In this document: positions 26,621-38,424 of the stretch, piece by piece
Layout of the letters: every line of letters begins with the position of its first letter
How positions within the stretch are numbered: the stretch's first letter is position 1
Assembly: GCA_002104945.1 (NCBI GenBank)
Contig: MCFH01000021.1
Span: 186,001-250,000 of the forward strand
Source of the DNA: Piromyces finnis finn
Lineage: Eukaryota; Fungi; Neocallimastigomycota
DNA length: 64,000 nt
Direction: 5' to 3'
Translations under genes and position numbers: made by a program
The notes under the pieces: model-generated
Database searches by the model: none
Told to the model about the DNA's origin: nothing
Seen by the model: only the letters and a program-made list of their open reading frames with translations

Positions 26621-28044
26621 AAATAGAATCGCATCAAATTTACATTATTAAGGTGACTTAATTCTAATACAAGAATTATTATAGGCTTTTGTGAAATGCA
26701 AGCTATCAAAAATTTACATTTAGTATCTAATGTCAATTCCAAGAAAATTCAACATTTTATCTAGTCAGATAATTTAGTATAATAATAAAATATTATTTTA
26801 ATGTTCTATTTGATATAATATTTCCTTTAGAAGTAAAACTAATTATTAAAGATCTTAATAATAAAGTTTAAAAAATACTTTTTTTTTTTTACCTAATATA
26901 ATTTAGAAAATGTTTGTAAAGTTAAATCATTTATATTATTAACCCAAGTTAAACCCTTCAAAAAATTCAAGTTATATTTTTTTTTTATTTTTTTATATTA
27001 TAAAGTATATCATAAATTTTAAAAACCAAATATATAAAATTAATTACAATTAAAATAGAATTGGAAAAATTATTTATTTCATTAATTTTTATTATTACCA
27101 TCTTAAATTGTTATATAATATCTAATAGCTTTTGAAAAAATGTAACAAATATAAATTTAAAGCTAAAATTATTAAAACTGTTAAAATAATTGATAATGTT
27201 TTTATTATAAGAATGGCAATCAGGGCTAGTATCTAACAATCCAATTAATAATAATATATTGTAATTAATAATAATACTTTATCAATGATAATTCTGATAA
27301 TTCAATAGATATTAATATTCTGGTGTATACAAAAATTTTAAATTTTTTTATAAGTGATAAAGTATAAAAAGTAGAACGAAATTAAAATTATAATGAAATA
27401 GAAAGGTAAATTAGTATTAATAATCTACTTCACAGACAAAATTTTGTGTTAAAGTAATAAATAAAAATATAATTAAGCTGTGTATAAATTTTTCAAAACT
27501 TAGATAATACGTATGATATGGCATAAATATTGTATAAGTCTAAAAGTACATTATATATAAACATATAGATATAGTAAATATAAAAAAAAAAATTGGAAAG
27601 AATTTAGAGTCGATATTTTGGAAAAATTTAATTATGATTAAAGTTTAAATAATAATAATAAAAAAAAAATAGAATAATCCTTAAGAATAAAATTTTCAGC
27701 TTAAAAATTTTTGATGTATCACAGCTATAATTGAATTGATATAATTATATTAGTAATTTATTAACACTACATAAAAAAATTATCAATAATATCATTTTAT
27801 ATATATTAAATATATTAAAACATATTGTAGAAAAATGTCAATAAAATGACTTTTATTTTTAAATATTTTTTTTTCTGAAAAAAAAATTAAAAAAAAATAA
27901 AAATAATTTATAAAAAGCAATAATACATAAAAAGTATAGTAATAGTAATATAATAAACAATTGATATTCATATTATATTTATGTTTTTATAATTTATATG
28001 ACATTTAAATAATAATAAAATAAAAAGATATAATTAAAATTAAA

Positions 28045-31000
28045 ATGAAGGAAGAAAAAATTTTTAAAAAAAAAGCACAATCCATAAAAAATCCACATGA
28101 AAGATGTAAATATTTAGTAAATGAATTTATTAATTCTTCTTCTATACAAAATGAAAAGATTAAACAAAAGACTATAAGAAAACTACTCATTTCATTAGCT
28201 GGTGTGAATTGTCCAGAAGCTTATTTATATCTTGGTAAATTGTATTATTTACCAAATAATAATATTGATAAAGCCTACAATTCATTTAAAAATGCAGTTA
28301 AAAAAGGATATCCATTGGCATACTATGAATTTGGTTACATGGTAGAAAATGGTTTAGGTTGTAAAAGATCAAAGGCTAAAGCAGTTGGTTGTTGTAAGTA
28401 ATTTTTATTAATTCTATTGTTTAATATTAATATAAAATTCGAGATAATAAGAATTTATAAATGACATAAATATATAACTGCTTTCATTGAAATAATAATA
28501 ATCAATTTTTCAATTTAATAATAATAAAATAAAATACCTTTGAGTTTGAAAAGAAAAAAACAATTATAATGAAAAAAATAACAATGTTTTTAATTTAAAA
28601 ACAATTAAAAATTAATAACTATAGAAATTTAATATAATTTTTAACATAATAATTTAATACCTTTATTTTATTATTTTATATAGATATTAAAGCAGCTTCT
28701 TGTGGTTCTATTGATGCTATGTATAGACTTGGAACAGCTTATATATATAAAGAATTAGGTCTTGACAGTATTTCAAATGGAATCAAATATTTAGATAAAG
28801 CAACTGTCCTTGGTCATGGTGAGGCTGCATACAAATTAAGTAATATCTATGAAAAAGGTATTAATGGTTATTTAAATCCAAACGAACAAGAAGCATTACA
28901 TTATTTAAAAGAATCTGCTGAATTATTATATACTCCAGCTTTAGATAAATTAGGTTGGACATATGAAAATGGTAGAATGGTACTTATATAGCTTTTTTTT
29001 TTATCTATGTACTTAATTTATTAAATGTAATTATAATAGTTTAATAATAGTTATTAATATATTACTATATTTAAATAAAAGGGTAATAAAAGAGATAATA
29101 GTAAAGCATTTTATTACTATTTACAAGCATCTAACAATGGCTATGCTCAGTCTATGTATTCATTAGCTGGTTTAATTATGGACAATACTGAACTAGATGA
29201 TAAATTAGCATATTACTGGATGCTTAAAGCAACAAAAACTGCAGATCCATTAAATAAAGCTTTTTATGGTATGGGTGTATTTTATGAATATGGTATTGGT
29301 ATTGCAAAAAATCTTGTCGCTGCACTTGATTGGTATCGAAAAGCAAAAGATAATGATGTACCAGATGCCGATAAAAAAATAAAAGACTTAGAAACCAAAA
29401 TTATTAATTTAACAAATAATGATCAGTATCAAAATAATAATAATAATAATAGTAATAACAACGAGCAAAATAATATAAGTGTAATCAATAGTAATACTGA
29501 TTATTCATATTCCCCAATCGTTATGCCATCTCCAGCAATTACATTACAATCCAACTTAAATAATAATAATGTTATTATTACAAAGGATCAATTAAAAGAT
29601 ATAAATCTTTCTATTGATTCTGAAGGTCATGTTATTCCTTCAAATAAAAATAGATTATCTGATTCAAATATTAGTAAAACAAGTAATAATGGTGATTCAA
29701 GTGTTCAAGTTAATGTTAATTCAAATGTTAATAATGAAAACAATACACCTACAAATATTAATAATAATAATTTAGTAGTTTTAACCAATCCTAAAAGATT
29801 ATCCAGTCTTAATGTTGATATTAATGATGATATGAGTCTATCAAACACTGTTGAAACAAAAATTAATAATAACGAAAATAACATTATTACAAATTCGTCA
29901 CCACAAAAGGAAAATATTCAATTATATGAAGATGAAAACAAAAATTACATAATAATTCCACCTGAAAGAAAATGTATTCCTGTTTTATCTCCTCTTGTGT
30001 CATCTAAATCAGTAAAATCAAATGATGAAATTTTAGAAAATGAAATGGAACCTGTAAGTAAAATTAAAAATCTCAACGAATTAAGTATGGAAGTTGCAAA
30101 AAAGGTTTCTGTTGAATTAAATAATCCAAGCGATAAGTTATATAAACCAGAATTATACAAAATAGATAGCAAAGGTAACATTGAATTAAGTGAGAATAAT
30201 GATGAATGTAAAGAGAATATTTTATTAGAGTCTATTGATGAAAAACTGAGATCAACTGATAGTGAACGTTTATTGGATATTCCAAAAGTTACAATAAGCA
30301 TGTCAGAGGATGCTTCTTTGTATGTTCCAAAAAGAATATCATCATATAATGATATTACTTATAAATTTGATGAAATAATCAATAATAATAATACTAATAA
30401 TGAAAATGGAAATGACGATGATGATGATAATGATGAAGATGATAATGAGAATGAAAATGAAAATGAAATGGATGATAATTTATTAGATGCTGATGTTGAA
30501 AACTTTAATTATGATCCAGTTAAATTAAATAGTGATATTAACGAAGAATTCTCAATTTCTAAAATCAAGGCTAGCAAAAGTATCAAAACTTATATTCCAC
30601 TTCCAAAGAGATTTGAGTCTCATGATAATCCAAGTAATTATTTTATATATTATAAATTCTTCTCATATATAATAAAATATAATTATAATTTAAATATATA
30701 TATATATTAATAAAAACCTTTATAATTTTAAATTTATTATAGTTACAAATGGAATAATTAATAGCTCTACTGTTAGTTCAACATCATTTGTTGACCATTT
30801 CAATGATTTATCAAAACAAACTATATTAAATTATGTTGAAAGTTCCGAAAAAGATTATATAGATAGTATTAATATTAATAAAAAAGATAATGACGTTGAT
30901 AATCATATTAAATTTATTGATCGAAAGGAAAGTAAACGTATATTTAATGAAGAAGTTAAATTATCTGATGAAGAACGTACTGTCAATAGTAATGAATGGA

Positions 31001-31398
31001 TATATAGACATCCAACTGTATTATCTATTACGACAGATTCATCAGATCAAGTTTTTTCATTAAAAAATGGTTTAAATAATATTCAAGAAAAAAGAAATGA
31101 TTTACATCGTATTAGCGAGTCAAGTAATATTGCTACTGTAGATTATCCAATCCATAAATCTAGTAATAATAGTTACAATCAATATGCATCAAATATTTCT
31201 AGTCCATTAGCTAGATCAGATATTCCATCTACAAGACATATTAGTCCTATAACTCAATCTTCTGTACCACCATCTACACCACCACGAAAGCAAAGTAACA
31301 ATCAGTATACTAGTCCATTGATTCAGTCACATTGTCAACAAAGTCCAATAATTTTACCTGCAACTGTTCCTAAACCACCACCAAGAAAATTTATATAA
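28045..31398 (+). CDS. Sel1-repeat protein (Chs4/Skt5-like chitin synthase activator family) with long N/S-rich disordered C-terminus, ~4 exons
   Basis: Repeated SLR motifs (AYLYLGKLYY, AYYEFGYMVENGLG, AMYRLGTAY, AAYKLSNIYEKG, ALDKLGWTYENG, AFYGMGVFYEYGIG..KNL..A..WYRKA). Last exon 30742-31398 is open to ...PKPPPRKFI*. Confidence 0.85.
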
Positions 31399-31797
31399 TA
31401 TAAACTTTATATATATAAAGTTGTTTACATATATATATATTTTTTATTATAATGAGTAAATAATATGTAAAAAATGAATGAGTAGAGATAAATAAATTCA
31501 GATAACATATATATATATATTATAAGTCAAAATAAAAAAAAATAAAAATAAAAGTAAAAAAAATATATAAGCAAATAATTATAATAATAATAAATTATGA
31601 AATTTATTGTTTAAATGGTAAATTAATAAAAATAAAGCTTACAGATTATTTGTACAATTAATATCGAAAATAAAACTAATTTGAATTCAACATTTCACCA
31701 TATGCAATGTTTTGAATTATATATATAAATTACTCTATTGAGTATATTCAAAATTGTAAAATTTCTTTTTGTAATTTAAAATAATAAATATAAATAA

Positions 31798-31869
31798 TGC
31801 CTACTAGCGGGATTGAACCACTGATCTTCGCTTTACGAGAGCGACGCTCTACCACTAAGCCAAGCAGGC
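31798..31869 (-). tRNA. tRNA-Thr (anticodon CGT), intronless
   Basis: GCCTGCT-TG-GCTTAGTGGTAGAGC-G-TCGCT-CT-CGT-AA-AGCGA-AGATC-AGTGG-TTCAATC-CCGCT-AGTAGGC-A: all four stems pair; A and B boxes intact. Confidence 0.97.
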
Positions 31870-31870
31870 A

Positions 31871-33919
31871 TCATATAAAATTGATTGATACGCTACTCAC
31901 ATAAAAACGTAATAAAAACTAGCCGAATAAACACGACTTAACCCATAGCGACTTATAATAAAAATAAAAGATAATAACCCTTAAAAATGAATAAATAATA
32001 ATTTTATGGAAATATAACCCTTTCTTTTAAATAAATAATATTCTCTTTATTAAATAATAAATTATGAATAAAAACGACTTAATAGAGATAATAATAAAAT
32101 AAATTATTAAATAAAATAAAACGACTCAATCCAAAAATGTATTAAAATAATAAAATAATAATAAGTAAATAAAAATGAATAAATAAACTAAAAAAAAATA
32201 AAATGATATACATTAAATTATTAATTCTAGTGTTTTATCCAAGTGTTCTTTAGAAATTCTTTCAAACTTATATATATAAATTAACAAATAAATAACTGAG
32301 TAATTATTACTAAAAGTGATTAATTTAAAGCCTGGAAATAGAACAATAATAACAATTTTAAAGATAAAATACAGAACTCTTTTATGTTTCTGTATAAAAT
32401 GTGTTTATATTAATTGATACTTTTAATATTTGATTTTATTAATTTTATTTTAATTTTTATTTTAATTTTTATTTTAATTTTATTTTAATATTATTTTAAT
32501 TTTAAATTTTAATTATTTTATTCAAGGTATTATACATTTAATGATAGTTAATGATAATTTATAATAGTTTTTCTAATTTTAAACATTTTGAAGTAATAAG
32601 AAAATCAAATAAGTAATATTCTATAACATTTTTATAATATTAAGACATAATTTTAATTTATTCTTTAATTTTAATAAATAATCACAATAGTAATAATAAT
32701 TAATAGTTAAAAATAATAATACATGTAATAAATGAAAAATGTATAAAAAGAAGATAAAATTCTTCTTTATAAAAAAGGGGGACAATAAATAGACAATAAA
32801 TAAATTATAAATATAATAAAGAGATAATTTAAACATAATAAAAAGAGTTTATTTTCGAGTTTTTGAGTGATTTATTTGTTAATTATAAAACATATTTTAT
32901 TTTATTTTAAATTTATTGTTTCATCATAAATATTAGAATTTATTATTTATTAAAAATATTATATTATTCAAAAATATATCGGTCAACGCATCATGATGAT
33001 AAATAATGAAATTAATAAATATAAAATTATTATTATACCTGATTTTTAAGTTAACCCTAAAAGTAACTTTAAACAAGTTATAGTTTAATTAAGTACTTTA
33101 CCAAAATTCTTAAATAAAATTAATCCTAAACACTGCATATATTTTGATTATTGAAAGAAAATAATAAACTTTAATTAATCGAGATCAAAATATATAACTT
33201 TTGTTAAATTAATTGTTAAATTAAATATTTAATAACTTCGTTAGTAAATTACACTTTAAAAAGTAAACAAATATAATAATTCATGTTATAAAATAATATA
33301 ATTAAACACCTTTATTAAAACATTAAAAATAATTATTACTTTAATTAATTGTAAAATAAACAACTTTTTATATTCTTTAACTTTTAATTATTTCTTTCAT
33401 TGTTATTTCTAATTACTTTTATTACTTTTATTGTAAATAGTTATTAATTTTATTGTTTTAATGTAAATAGTTTAAATTCAAAAGAAAATATAAATACATG
33501 TAAATATTCTTATTTTAATCATTATTATTATTATTAATAAAGAAATATTATATAGTTAGATTAATATTTTATAATTTTAATAATCACTTTTATACTTAAA
33601 TAAATAAAATTTTAAATATTTAAATATTAGAAAAACAAGTGTTTCTAATAAAACAATTTAGTGTTTTAACAAAACGATTTTATTAATTTTTATAAAAACG
33701 ATTTTAAATCTTAATCAATATAACTTATATAGTTATAACAAAAGATATAATATAATAATCACTTTTTGAAGTAAAATTCAAAATTAAGATTATTATCAAA
33801 TTATATCATTGATTGATAACGGATTGGTAGTTATATTATAACTTTTTAACTACTTCTTCTGTTATCTTATATTGTTTTATCTCGACAGCTATTGTACGAG
33901 CTTTAACAATATCTACTAG
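31871..33919 (+). mobile_element. Non-coding ~2-kb AT-rich element, copy 1; candidate non-autonomous Helitron
   Basis: Repeated at 34432, 36352, 37425 (inverted) and ~43770. A|TC at 31870/31871; hairpin CTCGACAG-CTA-TTGTACGAG at 33881-33900; CTAG|T at 33916-33920. Core is flanked by the 11-bp direct repeat ATTGATTGATA (31880, 33808). Repeat status is certain; the class is inferred. Confidence 0.6.
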
Positions 33920-34431
33920 TTTTATTAATTTATTTTAAGTTATTTTATAATTTTAATAGTTTTATTATTTTAATAATATTTATATAGAATAATAACACCA
34001 GATTTATTCTATAAAATATTATTTATTATTAACACAATAATTACAAATTAGAAAAGTTTAATTTCGTTTTTATATTTTCTTTTATTTATTGTTCTTACGC
34101 TCTTTTTAACAATAATTTTTATTATATAAAAACTTATTTTTGTCTTTTAAATATTATTATGTATTCACTAATTAATTATATTAACTATTATTAAAATTTA
34201 ACTTATTATTAATAATCTAAGTCTTCTTATTTTCTACTAAAAATTATTATTATTCTTTATATTAAAAATTATTTTTATAATTTAACCCAATCAAATATAT
34301 AAATTTATAAAATATTTGATTTTATGTAAATTATATTTTTATAATAAATTATATAAAATTATTTAATAATTATTTTATAATAAAATTTTCTAATAATATC
34401 AAATTTATAATATATTTATAATTATTATTTA

Positions 34432-36351
34432 TCATGATCAATACGCTACTCACATAAAAACATAATAAAAACTAACTGAATAAACACGACTTAACCCATA
34501 GTAACTTATAATAAAAATAAACGATAATAACCCTTAAAAATGAATGAATAATAATTTTATGAAAATATAACCCTTTCTTAAATAAATAATATTCTCTTTA
34601 TTATATAATAAATTCTGAATAAAAACGACCTAATAGTGATAATAATAAAATAAATTATTAAATAAAATAAAACGACTTAATCCAATAATGTACTAAAATA
34701 ATAAAATAATAATAAATAAATAAAAATGAATAAATAAACTAAAAATAAAATGTTATACATCAAATTATTAATTCTAGTGTTTTATCAAAGTGTTCTTTAG
34801 AAATTCTTTTAAACTTATAAATTAATAAATAACTAATTGAGTAATTATTACTAAAATGATAAACTTAAAACCTGGAAATAGAACAATAATAACAATTCTA
34901 AAGATAAAATACAGAGCTCTTTTATGTTCCTGTATAAAATGAGTGTTTATAATAATTGATACTTTTAATATTTTAATTTTGTTAAATTTTTATTTTAATT
35001 TTATTTTAATTTTATTTTAATATTATTTTAATTTTAAATTTTAATTATTTTATTCAAGGTATTATACATTTAATGATAGTCAATGATAATTTATAATAAT
35101 TTTTCTAAATTTAAACATTTTGAAGTAATAAGAAAATCAAATAAGTAATATTCTATAATATTTTATAATACTAAGACATAATTTTAATTTATTCTTTTAA
35201 TTTTAATAAATAATAACAATAGTAATAATAACATTTAATAGTTAAAAATAATGCATGTAATAAATGAAAATGTATAAAAGGAAGATAAAATTCTTCTTTA
35301 TAAAAAGGGGACAATAAATAGAGAATAAAAAGACCATAAACAGATAATAAATAAATTATAAAATATAATAAAGATTTAATTTAAAACATAATAAGAGTTT
35401 ATTTTCGAGTTTTGAGTGATTTATTTGTTAATTATAAAACATATTTTATTTTATTTTAAATTTATTGTTTCATCATAATAATATAGAATTTATTATTTAT
35501 TAAAAACATTATATTATTCACAAATATATCGGTCAACGCATCATGATGATAAATAATGAAATTAATAAATATAAAATTATTATTATACCTGATTTTTAAG
35601 TTAACCCTAAAAGTAACTTTAAACAAGTTATAGTTTAATTAAGTACTTTACCAAAATTCTTAAATAAAATTAATCCTAAACACTGCATATATTTTGATTA
35701 TTGAAAGAAAATAATAAACTTTAATTAATCGAGATCAAAATATATAACTCTTGTTAAATTAATTGTTAAATTAAATATTTAATAACTTCGTTAGTAAATT
35801 ACACTTTAAAAGTAAACAAATATAATAATTCATGTTATAAAATAATATAATTAAACACCTTTATTAAAACATTAAAAATAATTATTACTTTAATTAATTG
35901 TAAAATAAACAACTTTTTATATTCTTTAACTTTTAATTATTTCTTTTATTGTTATTTCTAATTACTTTTATTGTAAATAATTATTAATTTTATTGTTTTA
36001 ATGTAAATAGTTTAAATTTAAAAGAAAATATAAATACATGTAAATATTCTTATTTTAATCATTATTATTATTATTAATAAAGAAATATTATATAGTTAGA
36101 TTAATATTTTTATAATTTTAATAATCATTTTATTAAAATGTAATAAATAAAATTTTAAATAATTAAATATAAGAAAAATGAGTGTTTTTAATAAAACAAT
36201 TTAGCGTTTTAATAAAACAATTTTATTAGTTTTTATACAAATAATTTTAAGTCTTAAATAATATAACTTATACAGTTATAACTAAAGATATAATATAATA
36301 ATCACTTTTTGAAGTAAAATTCGAAATTAAGATTATTATCAAATTATATCC
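34432..36351 (+). repeat. Copy 2 of the ~1.9-kb AT-rich element core
   Basis: Colinear with 31880-33807 from ATACGCTACTCAC to AAATTATATC; offset 2553 bp. Confidence 0.95.
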
Positions 36352-37170
36352 ATTGATTAGTATGCTACTCATATAAAAACATAATAAAAACTAACTGAAT
36401 AAACACGACTTAACCCATAGTGACTTATAGCAAAAATAAATGATAATAACCCTTTAAAATGAATGAATAATAATTTTATAAAATATAACCCTTTCTTTAA
36501 ATAAATGATATTCTCTTTATTATATAATAAATTCTGAATAAAAACAGCTTAATAGAGATAATAATATAATAAATTATTAAATAAACTAAAACGACTTAAT
36601 CCAAAAATGTATTAAAATAATAAAATAATAATAATAAATAAAAATGAGAATAAATAAACTAAAAATAAAATGGTATACATCAAATTATTAATTCTAGTGT
36701 TTTATCCAAGTGTTCCTTAGAAATTCTTTTAAATTTATATATATAAATTAATAAATAAATAATTGAGTAATTATTACTAAAAGTGATAAACTTAAAACCT
36801 GGAAATAGAACAATGATAACGATTTTAAGATAAAATACAAAACTCTTTTATGTTTCTGTATAATATGAGTATTTATAATAATTGATACCTTTAATATTTT
36901 AATTTTATTTTAATTTTATTTTAATTTTATTTTAATTTTATATTTTAATTATTTTATTTAAGGTATTATACATTTAGTGATAGTTAATGATAGTTTATAA
37001 TAATTTTGTTTAAATTTAAACATTTTGAATAAGAAAATCAAATAAGTAATGTTCTATAATATTTTATAATACTAAGACATAATTTTAATTTATTCTTCTA
37101 ATTTCTAATTTTAATAAATAATGACAATAGTAATAATATAGTAATAATAATACATGTAATAAATGAAAAA
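36352..37170 (+). repeat. Copy 3, left ~820 bp, head-to-tail with copy 2
   Basis: Starts ATTGATTAGTATGCTACTC right after the end of copy 2 (period 1919 bp); similarity is lost near 37170. Confidence 0.93.
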
Positions 37171-37424
37171 TATATTTCAATATTAAATATTGATTTATTA
37201 TTATAATATTATTTTATTATTTAATATTTATTAATATTTAATATGTTATAATTTCTAAATAGATAAAATATTGAGAATATATAACTATTCTATTAACTAT
37301 CTATTCTATACTATTATAACTTAATTATTTAATTAATTTCATAGAATATTTTACTATTCTTTATGAAATTTTTATATAGAAAAACTTATATTTACCTTAT
37401 TTTGATTCTCCGGTTCGAAGGACC

Positions 37425-38420
37425 ATTGATATAATTTGATAATAATCTTAATTTTGAATTTTACTTCAAAAAGTGATAATTATATTATTTCTTCAGATAT
37501 AATTGTATAAATTATATTTATAAATATTGTTTTATAAAAATTATCAAAAATTGTTTTATTAGAAACACTCATTTTTCTAATATTTAAATGTTTAAAATTT
37601 TATTTATTACATTTTAATAAAATGATTATTAAAATTATAAAAATATTAATTGAGCTATATAATATTTTCTTTATTAATAATAATAATAATGATTAAAATA
37701 AGAATATTTACATGTATTTATATTTTCTTTTAAATTTAAACTATTTACATTAAACTAATAACTATTTGCAATAAAAGTAATTAAAAATAGCAATAAAAGA
37801 AATAATTAAAAGCTAAAGAATATAAAAAGTTATTTATTTTACAATTAATTAATTAAAGTAATATATATTTTAAAATGTTTTAATAAAAGTGTTTAATTGT
37901 ATTATTTTATAACATAAATTATTATATTTGTTTACTTTTAAAGTGTAATTTACTAACGAAGTTATTAAATATTTAATTTAACAATTAGTTTAACAAAAGT
38001 TATATATTTTGATCTCGATTAATTAAAGCTTATTATTTTCTTTCAATAATCAAAATATATGAAGTGTTAAGGATTAATTTTATTTTAAAATTTTGGTAAA
38101 AGTAGTTAATTAAACTATAAATTATTTTAAGTTACTTTTAGGGTTAACTTAAAAATCAGGTTTAATAATAATTTTATATTTATTAAATTCATTATTTATT
38201 ATCATGATGCGTTGACCGATACATTTTTGAATAATATAGTATTTTTAATAAATAATAAATTCTAGTATTTATGATGAAACAATAAATTTAAAATAAAATA
38301 AAATAAAATATGTTTTATAATTAACAAATAAATCACTCAAAACTCGAAAATAAACTCATTTATTATGTTTAAATTATCTCTTTATTATATTTATAATTTA
38401 TTTATTGCCTATTTATTGTC
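37425..38420 (-). repeat. Inverted copy of the right ~1 kb of the element
   Basis: For example ATCATGATGCGTTGACCGAT (~38200) is the reverse complement of 32978-32997, and TTTTACTTCAAAAAGTGAT (~37459) of ~33758. Confidence 0.93.
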
Positions 38421-38424
38421 TTTT

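Noticed and set aside
33053-33061. TTAGGGTTA 9-mers (also 20975, ~35603, ~38138, ~53915) as interstitial telomere or telomere-proximity signal
   Set aside because: Single units only; three of them are copies of one repeat; no tandem telomeric tract.
37412-37424. GGTTCGAAGGACC as a Pol III B-box or tRNA relic
   Set aside because: Mismatches the GTTCRANNC consensus; no A-box or cloverleaf nearby.
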